DNA of 63,993 nt, counting the filler, from Catajapyx aquilonaris (Eukaryota): assembly GCA_000934665.2 (NCBI GenBank). It is 3 parts of 3 records of this genome, joined end to end, with 100 filler letters (N's around TTAATTAATTAA, not from the genome) between each part and the next. Parts side by side here need not be neighbours in the genome. Positions count along the whole stretch, not along the records: positions 43,523 to 63,993 come from JYFJ02006253.1; 2 more parts are not named here. The stretch is one strand, 5' to 3'. Positions 47,389-61,439 of the stretch are shown piece by piece; positions within the stretch are counted from its first letter, which is position 1; each line of letters starts with the position of its first letter. The notes beneath the pieces are model-generated. The model saw only the letters and a list, made by a program, of their open reading frames with translations, made no database searches and was not told the origin of the DNA. The translations under genes were made by a program, and so were the position numbers.

Positions 47389-49365
47389 AAGAGTGTGTGG
47401 TGTAGTTGTGTGTTGTTGTTTTTTTAATCGGCATAACATGGACTAGGAGGGCCGACCTTGAATGCTGGCTTTGGTTTGCGAGGGCAGCTGCACTCACAAG
47501 TTTCAACCTGACTATACTTTTATCCCATCATTTTACCACGTTTTCCAAGCAGCCTTTATCCAGTGCAATGCAGCAAGGATAAATGGCACAAAACCTCTCC
47601 CATCTGCACATCTCTTAGAACCCATTTCGCAAGTCTGCCATTGGACACAATTGGTAAGGTCAAAGGTGTTAAAATTATTGGGTTAAAAGTTAAAACCAGA
47701 CATATTAGATCAGCATCCGAATAAAAGAGCGTGCACATCTCGGGAGGTGGCCCATCTGAAATAGCAAAAAAGATAGAACTTGGGTAACTACCGGTCTATA
47801 TGATGACCTGTTGACCCCGACTCGGGGCACACTGCAACACTATATCCCTAACCTGATCAACCAAGAACTAGCGTAAAAATCTGGGTTGCACTTCGTTTGA
47901 AGTCGAGTGTGCCATGCGTTTCAAAATTAGCTCAATTAATATCGGGTTAAATCCCGCTGCTTGTTCTTCGTCATCTTGGTACAGTATTTCTACCCTCATA
48001 ACCCCAAATTTTAATATGCCAGAAGGACCTTATTTATCTCCTTCTCCTCCTTCACTACATTTCATCAACTGACCTTTGCAAATGCGAGATAAGTTATGAA
48101 ACACACGATAAGAGCTCGTCTAATGAGCCGTTGTGGCACAAAATTAAGCGTGTGCACTCTGAGTAAACCAAATCTTGAGTTCACTTTGGTTAACCCCATG
48201 GGCCGCCCCGGGGCCAAACTATAAACCCGGGGGGTGTACTCGTCTCTTCCGCCTCTTCCTCCATCTTGTAATTCGGAATCAAGATGGCGTCCTTTCTTAG
48301 CCTCCTCCTCACCTCGATGATGCTTCAATGATGTCATCTTTTTATTGTCATGCGAGACTATAATAATATTATAGCCTCGCACACCAGTCCCTATCGCACC
48401 TGCCATAATTTCCAACCAAGCCAGAATGATCTCGCCCTCAGCTCGGCCCCGAGCTCAACGATTCTCCTCTAGCCTCTAACGCCATGTCCGCCCCCCAGCA
48501 AAAGCCTGAATTGGGTAATACTTACCAGGGTTGTCCGTCAGTGAAATCCTCAACGGACGGCCTGCTGCCCGGGGCAGAGTTGACCGAGGGCGACCAGGGT
48601 CTGTGACCCCGGCCTTCGTGAAGGATCACTGACCTACAAGATCAACGTTCATGACGTGCGTCTGATCCGCAGGAAGCCCCCGGTGACAATAAGAAAAGGG
48701 CGCCAAGGAGCTCTCCCAAGTGATGGCCGCTGATTGGCTGGAACTAGCCAATCACACGCGCTAATCGGCAGACAATAGCATTTTTATTAATTAAATCAAT
48801 TAAACTAGTTATTTTTAATCGGTTACTTTGGGAGCAGTAATTTTTGAGTGCCTGCTAATAATATTAGGCTGATGGAGCTTTTTTTGACATTTTGGCCCTC
48901 AGATTGATTTTAGCATGCGAAAATTAGGTGCAATCATTGCCGTTACGCCATTAAAAATAACCAGATTAGTTACAATAAAAATTGCGGCTGATCTTTGAAT
49001 ATTGCGCCCAAATTGCGCCTCTCACAGCTAGTTCTGATCCGGAATAACAGATGGCGCCGTAATCGACTATTGGCAATGAATGTCCTTTTCTTTAAAGTAG
49101 CAAGAGCTTACTTTTATAATTAATATTGTTTATAAAGAGTGTGCGATTTTAAATGTGCTAAGCGCAGTTTATATTAATTAACTGATCACCTTGAACTAAC
49201 TGTGTGCAGTCTCTTTCAGTTGGCATTCTGTCCGGTTCGCCTAACGAGCAAGAAGCGACGTGCGTTCGTTCTATTTTCTACTAATTAACTTTTTTTTGTA
49301 CTAATTACGACTAGTTTTTGGTGTGTTCCTGGATGCCCGCATCTAGCTGAAGATCCGGTTAAGAA

Positions 49366-52300
49366 ATGCTGGCCAAACTCATATTCGTAAGTGGCACCTT
49401 TATAATAGTGTTGAGGACAAACGAACAAACACACAAAACGGACAAACAAACAGACTGATTGTTTTTTTTTCTTCTTCTTCAGAACGAGGATGACCTCCCT
49501 TACGAGGAGGAGATCCTGCGTAACCCTTACTCGGTCAAGCACTGGCTGCGGTACATTGACCACAAGAAGGAGGCCCATCGGGACGTCATCAACATGATAT
49601 ACGAGCGGGCCTTGAAGGAGCTTCCGGGGAGCTACAAGCTGTGGTACCACTACCTGAAGCTACGTCGCAGGCAGGTCAGAGGACGCTGCATCGTGGACCC
49701 GGTGTACGAGGACGTCAACAATGCTTTCGAACGCTCCTTGGTCTTCATGCACAAGGTAAAATATTAATGTAGCAGCGGAGCTAGTTCTTCCCACGGCCCG
49801 TTGCCATGGACAAACAAACAAAGAGACCATCTTTCCCTTATGGAGTTGAATCTTATGTGCCACGGAGATCCGTTGCCATGGACAAACCAACAGACTCCCT
49901 TGTACAGCTGAATGCCGTGGAGATCCGTTTCCATGGAGAGATCCGTTGCCATGGACAAACCAACAAACTTTCCTTTATGCAGTTGAGTCTGGATACATGC
50001 CGTGGAGAGATCCGTTGCCACGGACAAACAAATAGACTTTGATACAGTTGAGTCCAGATACATGCCATGGAGATCTGTTGCCATGGACAAACAGACTCCC
50101 TTTAATAGTTGAATGCCATGGAGATCTGTTGCCATGGCAATGGCCATGGTCAAACAAACAAACAGACTTTCCCTTGTAGAGTTGAATTTGGATATGATCC
50201 ATTGATATGGTGACATGATTGCCATGGACAAACAGACCTTTCCCTTGTAGAGTTGAATCCGGATATTATGCCATGGATATCCGTTGCCATGGACAAACTA
50301 ACTAACTAACTTTCCCTCATACAGTTGAATCTAGATGTATACCAGGGAGATCAGTTGCCATGATGACTGTGTCAGAGTTACGGCGACCCGACCATAAAGG
50401 CCCCGCGCCAATTGCCATGATGACAGTGTTGCCATGGACAGACAGACAACCTTTGCCTCGTATAATATGTAAAGATAGCCTTGACAATGAAAGATTATTT
50501 GTGATGGCAAAAAAGAATGTTTAAAAGCTTTACTTTAATGTGGTTATGCACGTTGTAACTGGTTTTTTGTTTGTTTTTGGTTGCAGATGCCTAGGATCTG
50601 GCTGGATTATTGCCAGTTTCTTATAGACCAGGAGAAGATCATCAGGACCAGGAAGGTGTTTGACAGGGCGCTTCGGGCACTGCCGATCACGCAGCATCAT
50701 CGCATCTGGCCTCTGTACCTGACGTTCGTCAAGTCTCATGACATACCCGAGACGGCCGTGCGGGTGTTTCGGCGCTACCTGAAGCTCTGTCCGGAGGACA
50801 CTGAGGATTATATTGAGTACTTGACAAACGTCGGCCGTCTGGATGAAGCGGCTCAGAAGTTGGCGTTTATCGTGAACAAAGATGAGTTTGTGTCGAAACA
50901 TGGGAAGTCGAATCACCAGCTGTGGAATGAGCTGTGTGAGCTGATTTCAAAGAAGCCAGACCAAGTACGATCCTTGAACGTAGACGCAATTATTCGAGGC
51001 GGATTGCGGCGTTACACTGACCAGTTGGGTCACTTGTGGAACTCGCTTGCTGATTACTACGTTCGGAGCGGACTGTTTGAAAGGGCGAGAGACATTTACG
51101 AGGAAGCGATCCAAACTGTGACGACAGTACGGGACTTCACGCAGGTGTTTGATGCTTACTCGCAATTTGAGGAACTGAGCCTGAAGAAGAAGATGGAGGA
51201 GGTGTCAAAGAGGCCTGCACTGTCCGAAGAGGAGGACGTGGAGCTGGAGTTGCGTTTGGCCAGATTCGAAGCCCTGATGGATCGCCGTCCGCTTCTCCTT
51301 AACTCCGTCCTATTGCGACAAAATCCCCACAATGTTCACGAATGGCACAAGCGCGTCAAACTATTCGAGGGACACCCTGTCGAGATAATTGATACTTACA
51401 CCGAAGCGGTTCAGACTGTTGATCCCAAGCTGGCCGTCGGAAAATTGCATACTTTGTGGGTGGCATTTGCTAAGTTCTATGAAACAAACAAGCAGATGGA
51501 AGATGCACGGATAATATTCGAGAAGGCAACTCAGGTTCAGTACATCAAGGTGGATGATCTGGCCACCATATGGTGTGAATGGGCCGAAATGGAAATTAGA
51601 CATGAGAACCACTCCGAAGCTCTGCAGCTTATGCATCGTGCTACAACACCTCCGAGGCAGAAGGTGGCCTATCACGACGAGAGCGAGCCAGTGCAGATGA
51701 GACTCCACAAGTCGCTGAAAGTATGGTCGATGTATGCTGATCTCGAAGAAAGTTTTGGGTCGTTCAAGTCGTGCAAGGCAGTGTACGACAGGATTATCGA
51801 CTTGCGCATTGTGACTCCACAGATTATTATCAATTACGGGCTATTTCTGGAGGAGAACAACTATTACGAGGAGGCATTCAAGATGTATGAACGTGGCATT
51901 GCGCTGTTCAAGTGGCCGAATGTGTTCGACATCTGGAACACTTACATGAGCAAGTTTCTGCAGCGGTATAAGGGTGCGAAGCTTGAGAGAGCTCGAGACT
52001 TATTCGAACAGTGTCTGGAGAATTGTCCGGCGAAGTACTGTAAAAGTAAGTATTACCATCGTGCGTTCACGAGACAAAATTATAACTTTGTTTGTCCCGC
52101 AGACTTCTACCTGCTGTATGCGAAATTGGAGGAAGAGTACGGATTGGCCAGGCACGCAATGACCGTGTACGATCGTGCGACTCGTGCGGTTGCACCCGAG
52201 GAGCAGTTTGAAATGTTCAACATTTACATCAAGAAAGCGGCCGAGATGTACGGTGTGACCAAGACGAGGCAGATCTACGAAAAGGCTATTGAAGTGCTTC

Positions 52301-53245
52301 CCAACGAACATGCCCGAGAGATGTGCTGCCGTTTCGCAGAGTTGGAGACGAAGCTTGGAGAGATCGATCGTGCGAGGGCTATCTATGCACATTGTAGCCA
52401 GATTTGCGATCCGAGGGTGAGTAGGGCGGAATAATGAATTCGTTAGTCTTCCTAATTATGCAATCGAACCTTGAAGTGTGTGCTAGTAGCCAGAATATGC
52501 CATTAAGTTAGAGTTGCGCACAAATGATGAGTGAAAGGCGAAGATGATGCCTTGAGTCTCCTCGAGTGAGTTGAGATTTGTCTCCTCACGTGAGTCGAGA
52601 TTCGTCATATGATAAAAAAATCTTAAACTGATTGTGCGTTTAATAGAATTCGTTGCGAATTTCCTGTCAAGGGTACAAAAGCTACAATGTTGTGTTTTTC
52701 AGGTGACAACTCCATTCTGGCAGACCTGGAAGGAGTTTGAGATTCGTCACGGCAATGAGGACACTATGAGAGAGATGTTGCGAATTAAGCGTAGCGTTCA
52801 GGCCACGTACAACACGCAAGTGAACATGATGTCCGCTCAGATGCTGTCGGCTGCCAGCAATGTGTCTGGTACGATTGCGGATCTGGCTCCTGGCGCCAAG
52901 GATGGAATGCGGATGCTGGAAGCCAAAGCAGCACAGATGGCCCACATAGAGCGGCCAAGTAAGTACACTTTCATTGCTTATGCAGTGTGTTGCGTAAGGA
53001 TTGTTCCCATTTTGTTTCTGTCTTTAGGTACATCAGGCGGTGAAGGAATTATGTTCGTGCGAGGAGAGGCTCTGGTTCCAGAAGCGGTTCCAACGAAGGG
53101 GGCCAATCCTGATGAAATTGCAATTGATGACGACGACGACGACGACGACGAAGATGAAGAGATGGAAAATGATGTGGAGGTTGAAAAGCAAGTGATACCA
53201 TCGGAGGTGTTCGGCCAGCTGAAACCAGCTGAGGACGACGAGTGA
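49366..53245 (+). CDS. SYF1: Pre-mRNA splicing factor SYF1/XAB2 (HAT/TPR repeats), 6 exons, about 846 aa
   Basis: Exons 49366-49386, 49483-49755, 50587-52045, 52103-52416, 52703-52958, 53028-53245. Hallmarks: DLPYEEEILRNPYSVKHWLRYI, YERALKELPGSYKLW, FMHKMPRIW, SVLLRQNPHNVHEW, GEIDRARAIY, HGNEDTMREMLRIKRSVQA, acidic tail NPDEIAID. Confidence 0.96.
49790..50445. repeat. Intronic minisatellite (about 60-70-bp unit) in SYF1 intron 2
   Basis: gccatggagatccgttgccatggacaaac...agttgaat recurs about 9 times. Confidence 0.9.
50366..50411 (-). mobile_element. 46-bp micro-insertion, copy 2
   Basis: Identical to 13340-13385; direct repeat ttgccatgatgac on both sides. Confidence 0.75.
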
Positions 53246-53897
53246 TTCATACACAAGCATTTAATGATTGTGAACACATGCTCCTTTTTCAGAAGCAGTT
53301 TTACAGTAACATTTAAACCTGTGGGGAGTTGTAGAAAGCCAATGAGCTGAATGCCAAACATGCTTGCTTGTTTGCACCTTCACGTTTCTCGGAACATGGG
53401 TTCACAAGAATATGGCTGGTCTTGCTTTGTGATACGACAGAGCAAGACCTTCCATTCATTGGATTGGCCGCTGTGGTCATCAGCAATTTTCAGTGACATA
53501 GGTAATGACACGAGAAGCAAAAGTGAAACTGAATTTCTTCCTGTCTCTTTATCCAAGTTGTAAACCTGGGTTTGAAATTCACGGATTTGCTATTTTTCAA
53601 CTTTCAAATGGTGTGGTAGTTGGAAGGTGCATGAATTTATATTTTAAATACAGCAGCAATGGCAGCAAGTAGTTTCAGTTCAATCGCAACATTTTCCCCT
53701 TGAACTGTAAGGATAGGCAGTGATGAAGGAGGAGAGAGCCTATTATGCAGGGATGCATTTGGAGGATGGAATGAAAATAAATATTTTAAAAAATAGATGA
53801 AGGAGGAGACGTAACATGTGAATTGAACTGCTGATCGTGTCTCCTTTTGAATCGAGAGAGATTGACAAGGCTGATGCAATTAGTGTTCAATGACACT

Positions 53898-54129
53898 TCA
53901 TAATTGATATATTTAAGGAGGTTGGCCCAGCATTGCCTTTCAACCTCCAAGAATAGGGAAGGAAGGAAGCGGCTGTCACCTATTATACGGAAGCAACCCC
54001 GGAATTATCCTAGGAAGACCGTGGAAAACCGCAGAAAACCACGGTCAAGGTTGCCGCCCCCGGGATTCGAACCTAGGACCTCCCGATTAGCAGTCGGACG
54101 CCTTATCCACTATGCCAACCTGCTTCGGT
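53898..54129 (-). mobile_element. SINE with family C head
   Basis: Minus strand ccgactgctaatcgggaggtcc and cagccgcttccttcc; TSD tgttcaatgacact. Confidence 0.82.
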
Positions 54130-55716
54130 TGTTCAATGACACTAAAACACCTAGTTTTAATTAGTTTGATTAGGAAGAAGCCAAAGCAACTGTGGCTCTT
54201 CAATGAGACAAAGGTGGGACAGATGGAGACAGAAACGAAGAGAGGAAAAACTGGGATCTTTTGTCCTACCCGAAAGACCTGTCCGACTTGGGAGACCCTG
54301 GCAGTAGACGAAGCTACCACCGGCATAGTTGTTGGGGGTCACGGGAGAAACGCAAGCGCAATGCCAACCTTCTCTTCCATTTGAAAGTTGACGGTTGCAA
54401 ATGTGTGAAATTTTAACCTAGATTTTCACAATACGACCTGAGATCAAACTTGGGATCTCAGGTGGAAGGTTGTGATGTTAGCCACCACACCAACATGCCG
54501 CCCTCACCCGGTGTATATAATACAATCTTTATTGTAACAATAATGACAGTAATTGCTTGTTTCATTTCAGGGAACCAAGCCTATATGTGTTTTTTCTTTT
54601 TATTGTGATTTTATTTTGCTTGAATCAGAAGGAAATGACCATGACCTTGTAGATGTGAAACTGCCAAAGAAGGTTCCGCAGGAACCACGTTTGTTTGTGG
54701 GACTTCTTGAAGGACAGCCTAACCGCAAGTCTTGTGCTAACATTACCTACAGTCACCACCAAAATTGCTGGGGTCACGGAAAGACCAATCCTGAAGTGCA
54801 CCCTATTGACATCTCATCAATGGAAAATAGTTGAGAGGGAATCCGTCGAGGTGTAATGAAATTCAAGAGCTCCTCAGAACTTAATAAAAAAATAGCTCGC
54901 ATGTGTAATAGATATTTCTTTTTTCTGGATCATTTACATCATTGTCGAGGTTGGTGAAACATTTCATAAATGGGAAGTGCAGTTGATAATAAATATTGCT
55001 AATAAATCACCGGCTCCAAATAATTATGTTCGCAGTTTTTAAAGGATCCCCTTCCTTGAACCATATTTTTTCTCCTGAAATTGGCACAATTTTTGTGACA
55101 AGTTCTTCCTAATAATGTAAGATGAAAAATAAGTTTTCCTTTTTCATATTACATTATTCACCTTCACTAAAAATTGCGGCAGTTTGTGGAAAAAATTGAT
55201 CCTGGATGAGATCTTATTATGACGAAACCCATTTCCCGTAACTACCTTTGCTTCCAGGAGGTTTCCGCAGCATCGTATCCAATACACACGTTTCACGATA
55301 CGACATTACGAAACAAATGTGGGCAAAAAATTAACACAGGATTTATCTTAGCATAGTTTTCCGTATATTAGCAAACAGTCTTTACAAGTTATACAATGTT
55401 TGTACATAAATAAAAAGTGGAAAGAAAAATAGCAGCATCATAGTTACCATACTTATAAATGTGGTTATAAAAAAGATTAAATACTAAGGCTGGGTTTTCA
55501 TACGAGCAATTCAACAAAACCTGTTGTGGCGAAACGCAATTGTTACGTTTGCCCCGAACGGTTTCATCGCTCGTATGTAAACGCGGCCTAAAAGTGGGCC
55601 TGCAGACATGATCCATGTACATAAATGCAACAAAAAGAAGACGCCACAAATTCAGTGGACTTGTGATGGTCTGCATAATACTGGACTTTCTCTTCCGCAT
55701 AAGACACGCTGATGTT

Positions 55717-58700
55717 TCATGTCAACCTCGGCGGCACTGGAGGAAGAACCTCGACGTCTCCAACGATGGACCCGTTTGATTCGACGTTGACGTAAGCCGG
55801 AAATCCCGGTTTTGGCGGAAGAGGAGGCGCGAATGACGCTACCGGTTTCATACTGTTGTCTGGTCTTGGAGGTGGCACCGGCGCTTCGTCATCATCGCAA
55901 TCACGTTTTCCTTCATCTTGGCAATCCAGATATTCAGGGCTTGGAGTCCGTTCCTTCTCACCTGTCAATCGGCACTTATTAACACCTACATCCATCGTAT
56001 TATAACGTATTCTTACCTGTAAGTTCGTCGCTCTCGCATGAACCTTCAGGAATGCTGTGAGGACATGGCAGATCGATGTAGTAGGTGTCGATGCTGTCTG
56101 GGCGAGGTACAGGCACAGGCGGTCGGCTGAGGTTCGGAGATCCGTTCAGCATGGGAGGACGTAAGGATGGCAATGGCGGAGGTCTCATTGTGACAGGAAC
56201 AGGCGGAGGAGGAACCTCGTATGCTTGAAAAGTTGGTGGAGTTGGGCGGAAAGTAAAATCCTTCATTTGCAAGGGGGCCGTCTGCCAAAAGAAAATGCGT
56301 CAGATATTTTGATGGCATTGGCTACACGAGATAACTCACCTTCCGATCCTCTCCCGAGTCTGAGTGATTCCCACTGTCGGCCAAGCTCCCGTGACTGCAT
56401 ATGGACTGAATGCTCATTCTTTCCGACGATGAGGTGCTGATGGAACTGTTGGTGCTTAGGCTGCTGGCAGGTCTCTCCTTACCAAACCCAATCCCAGGTG
56501 TGCTCTCCTTATCGCCTTTCGCTGATTTGGATTTTCCGCGTTGGAAGAATCTGGCAATGCGGTCAAACGGAGTCTGCTTCTTCATCTTGTCCTTCATATC
56601 TCGCTGGATTCGCTCATACTCGCTCCTCATTTCATCCAGTTGCTGCTGCTTCTCGGCGTCGGACTTCTGAACGTCGATACGGGACTTCCAGTTCGCAAAG
56701 AGGCGCTCAGCTTCGGAGATAGTGAAACGGTTGTTCTTGTAGTCGTTAAGTATGTCCACCAGCTCACCTTGCACACTCTCGACCAGCGATGTTTCTAGGA
56801 AAGTCATAAAGTCAGTCAGGCCTCTTTGACTTACCGTATTCCAAAAAATCTGCTCACCTTTGGTTCCGCCCTGTGGCTCCTTGTCGCTATTATAGTTGGC
56901 CATGGCAGGCAACATCTCTAGATACATGCCGTCGTAATTGTCCGGAACCTGAATAACTGGCCTTGCAATCGGGGGCACCATGTACGTGTCCTGCATTGGT
57001 CTGGGGCGGTCATACACAGCTCCATCTTCTTCCTCGACTATAGTCTCGCCTTGGTGTTGCTGGACACTTGCGTCCTCGGGTTTCTCGCAAACCATCTTGA
57101 TATACTGATACATGTGGGAGAGCTCAGACATTTCCAGGTATCCCCTGAGGGCGTTGGCCAGTTGCTGGTGGCCTCCGCTGTCAGCCATCTCGGCAGGGGT
57201 CAGATCGGAGGAATTGGTCATCAGACAGGCCTCCTCGCCTCCAGCATGCTCCAACAGATGCCATGCCAGCTTATGCAGGCCAAATCGGGCAGCGAAGTGG
57301 AGAAGTGTAGGGTACTCATCCATGCCTGAAATTAATTGCACATGAAGCCGCATGTTGCTTTCGTACTACCCAAGTCGCATACCTCGTTTGTTGTCGCTGT
57401 TCTTTGCATTTGTAACAAATGAAAATCCCTGCGGTGGTGAATTACGCTGGAACTCAGCAGCCAGGAACTCGTCCAGTTGATCCAGCGCATTCGGTGCGAA
57501 TCCCAATGTCTAACAAGAAATATCGGTTAATGAACAGTCCGGTTCAATTAATGTACAAATCTCACCTGGCAAAGGAATTCCAGTGGCGTGTTCACCGATC
57601 TGAGCAAAAAGTCCAGCTCCCTCATCTTGCTCTCGCATTTAACCTTTCTTTCTCCGAGAGATGTGCCATTAATCTCCACGCTGACTGTAACCAGCATCGA
57701 AACAGACAAGCACGACTCTGGTATCGTGGCCTGCAGTGTGTACGGGTTTCGGCGTGAAACCTGCTCCAGTTCCAGCACGTGCCCAGCCTTATCAACCGTA
57801 GCCCTTATGTTGTCGTCCGGGGAAAGCGGACTGGCCAGCTGAAGCAGGACCTTGTTGTAACCCTGTAACGAGATCAGTACATAGAAATTGCTACGTATTG
57901 TACGTAACCAAAACTTGTGTCACTTTAGTTACACACTCGGATTAAATGTTCTTTCACTTTAAAAAGAGCAAAAATACCTCCCACGCTTTAGTAGGAAAGA
58001 TTATTTTGAATCAGTACTTGAGGTACAACCGACACGTGCAGAACAGCTGCCGAGTCTAGTTGCCAATACGGACTTGGGTACCTTCCAGTAACATAACCGT
58101 GATTTCACTCAACCTAGACCTCAACCCGGCACCCTCGATCAAACTCGAGCCGACTCAACACTATTCAGATACTATTTTGGGAGACCTGCGGCCACTGACC
58201 GTTTTGACCTTCTTAGGAAACACTGTGAACTTGGCCTTCTGGTTGTGGTTCAGCTCCATGCTGTCGTACTTCTTCAGGATCCTGGAGGCCTCGCAAAACA
58301 CGCTCCCGATGAAGTCAATGTCTTGATCCACAGCCTGCATGCGGGTCCATTGTTGATACGAGAACATAACTGCAAGTGAAGTTAATGTTAGCCGCATCGT
58401 ACAATGAGCCGCAGTAATTAAAACGGACCTGCTCGGTGATGTTCCGTGACGCTGTCTTCTCCGATTCCCAGCAGAACGGCCAAGACCCGATTGGGATGCA
58501 ACCACGGTCCAATTCCGCAGTCGGGATAGTTGTAGATGTAATCCAGAAAAGCAGGAGACACTATCAGCACTTGAAGCTTAGCACGGTTGAGGACTTCATA
58601 TGGATTTTGAGCTGCGTTTGGGTGTATGTCCTCAATCGGCTGGTGATGTATCCTGAAATTTTTAATGCGATTAGATCCAGCTAATTAAAATAAGTGTAGC

Positions 58701-58824
58701 CATTTTACCTCAGCGGACTCTGATTGTTTTGAGCCCTCATCTTCTGGAACGAGCTGTCCAGGTACGACACCCAAAGCTCCGTAGTGCTGCAATCCTTACT
58801 GTACAGGATGACAACATCGGCCAT
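55717..58824 (-). CDS. stumps: Dof/Stumps, BCAP(PIK3AP1)/BANK-family adaptor with TIR-like, DBB, ankyrin, coiled-coil and Pro-rich regions; 9 exons, about 788 aa
   Basis: Minus-strand exons 58824-58709, 58652-58429, 58369-58200, 57862-57566, 57509-57383, 57325-56858, 56794-56340, 56281-56017, 55961-55717, phases consistent. N-terminus DVVILYSKD...LWVSYL resembles the BCAP TIR. DBB region KFTVFPKKVK...NPYTLQATIP...KCESKMRELDFLL...PLEFLCQ; ankyrin EYPTLLHFAARFGL. An acceptor at 58842 implies a further upstream exon, so the start codon is uncertain. Confidence 0.85.
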
Positions 58825-59509
58825 CTCGCCTCCAGAAACACCTACAAAAATAAACCAGTCATTTACACGTCCAAAGCATGTTCACCACATGTACAGTTGC
58901 AATAAAAAGCGCATCATTTTTTTAAAAAGCCAGTATCGCAGAACCAAAAATAATTTTGCAACCTCTTGCAAATTTTTTCCTCTTCTCGTTCCGAGGTCCT
59001 TGTGCTTCAGGTGGCCTACTTCAAAATGTCTTTGGCAACGAGCCACTCTTTGATGAGCGTTGCCTTCCAATGACAGATGCGGCAAGAATATATTTCTGAC
59101 ATGGAACCAAACCCGCATTGAAATAGTAACCGCACTTGCAATACGATCACATTGCAGTTGAAGCCATATATAGAAAATTCACTGTTGTCGCTCACGACAA
59201 GGTACTTCGCCGGTTACTCTCCATCATACGTTGCATTATTTTCCTCATTTATTTTAATTTACTCCTTGTATTAAATTTATTTGTCTAATTTTTGGCTCAC
59301 TACCCAACCGGGCTTGGGGCCAAATTGATACCCGCAAAAAAGGCCAACCATTAGACCCCCTAAATCTCTGCCAATGTTTCTAAATAAACGTCCAATCATG
59401 TTTGTGTTTTCTTCCTTCGCTTTATGGCGACAGAGATAAGCCTGGAGGACTAATCGACGGTGCCTAAATAAACTTGAAACCTCATCCTCTGGATTCACTC
59501 TGCTCACTA

Positions 59510-60780
59510 AGGGTGGTCCTTTCTTACAAAAAAAAAATTAATTTAAAAAAAAATCTGGTCCTACTAAGGAAAAAGAACGTAACTGCAGTTGTCCGTAAAA
59601 AGACCCTATCTGCACGAGAAAAATGTATAACTTTTGATTGCAGATACATCCTTTATCTTTAGTAGGGAATACTGTGTGCATTCGTACTAAGGAAAAAGAC
59701 GTATCTGCATTAATGCATAGCAAAAAAGACGTAACTGCATGAAAAATGTCCAATGTGACATTTTCTTGCACATAGAGCTTTTTTTTCTTTAATAGGGCCT
59801 ACTGTGTGCATTCGTACTAAGGAAAAATGGCGTATCTGTATTAGTGCGTAAGAAATGGACGTAACTGCATGCAAAATGTCCAATGTGACATTTTATTGCA
59901 TATACGGCTTTTTTTTCTAAGCAAGATTGCTGATACGTCCCTTTCCTTAGTAGGGCCTACTATGCATTAGAACTAAGGAAAAACGGCGTATCTGCATTAG
60001 TGCGTAGGAGAAAGACATAACAGCATGAAAAAGGTACAATTTGACTTTTAATTGCAGATACGTCCTTTTCCTTTAGTAGGGCTTACTGTATGTATTCGTA
60101 CACTAAGGGAAAAAATTAAAATAATTACAAAATAAAATTTAAAGAAAATTATCTTGTCCTACTAAAGAAAAAGGACGTATCTGCATTAGTGCCTAGGAAA
60201 AGGACGTAACTGCATGAAGAATGTCGAATTTGACATTTTATTGCAGATACGGTTTTTTTTCTTTGCAGGATAGGCTGCGATTCGAGCAGATACGTCATTT
60301 TTCCTTAGTAGGGCCTACTATATGCATCAGTACCAGATCAGTACTCAGAAGGGGGAAACGTATCTGCAATCGTACTAAGGAAAAACACATATCTCCATTG
60401 GACTAACGAAAAACGTCATAATTATCTCCATTGGACTAAAGGAAAACGACATATCTAAATTGGACTAAGGAAAAAAGAGGTAACTATTATGTTCTGATCT
60501 TACTAAGGGAAAACGCCATATCTGAAATCGTTCCAATGCAATGGAATGATTTAAATGCACATTAGTAAGTTTCTAAGGAAAAACGCCGTATTTGCAATCG
60601 TGTCACGGAAAAAAAGCCGGAACTTCATTATACTAAGGAAAAAAGACGTATCTGCAATCGTACCGCGGAAAAAAGCCACAACTTCATTGGTACGAAGGAA
60701 AAACGCCGTATCTGTATTTTGCCCATGAAAAATGTCGCGTACATGCAATGAAGTCAAAATCCGGGCCATTTTTTTTCTCC
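59510..60780. repeat. Complex minisatellite of ctaaggaaaaa..cgtatctgca units in both orientations
   Basis: Many roughly 28-30-bp subunits with higher-order blocks of about 120-140 bp. Confidence 0.85.
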
Positions 60781-61439
60781 ATATCTGACTAAAATATGAC
60801 CCTACAATGGTCTGTATGACAGCTCATACATCCCTGGTATGCCTTCCATGTGACATAACTATCCATCGCCCGGCACTTCCTCCTTACATGCCTCATTATA
60901 CATGATTTGTGAGCAAATCCGCCCTGCATTCTTTTTCCTCCTTCCAACATTTCAACGCCCCCGGTTTATTTCGAGCCGCCCCTAGCAACCCGGCAGCAAT
61001 AAATTCCTCTCCCGTCAATCGTCGTATCATTTGCCTCCACGGGCCGCCCCGGGGTCCCTTTAAAGTTCTAAAACCGTCAACAGTTACCTTTTTCTCTCTC
61101 TCTCTCACGCTCTGGAGCTAGCAGTTTTCCGAAGAAGAAGAAGTCGCCATGATCACACCAAAGTGAAAACTGTTTCCCACCAATGGCATTTGTGAATCGT
61201 CACTGGGGAAAACAGCTCTTTTCCTTGCGGTCGCCCGGAAGACAGATTAGATTTGACTTTGTTCTTTTATTGAACGTATACTGGGAAGAGGGCGGTAAAT
61301 CCCAAGAGTGACGCTCAAAATGCTGGAGGGGGATTATGCAACAATGTGTGCACATCCATGGGGATATCCCCAGAGGATCAGCTGGCAATGGTTGCTGGCA
61401 CCCAATATTGGCAACATGTCAACTTGTGGAGGTTGACAA

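Noticed and set aside
49333..49350. Upstream ATG (MPASS*) as the SYF1 start
   Set aside because: Two in-frame stops precede 49366; at most a short uORF.
49790..50445. CRISPR-like repeat/spacer look of the CCATGG array
   Set aside because: The spacers are homologous to each other, it lies in a spliceosomal intron, and there are no cas genes; it is a minisatellite.
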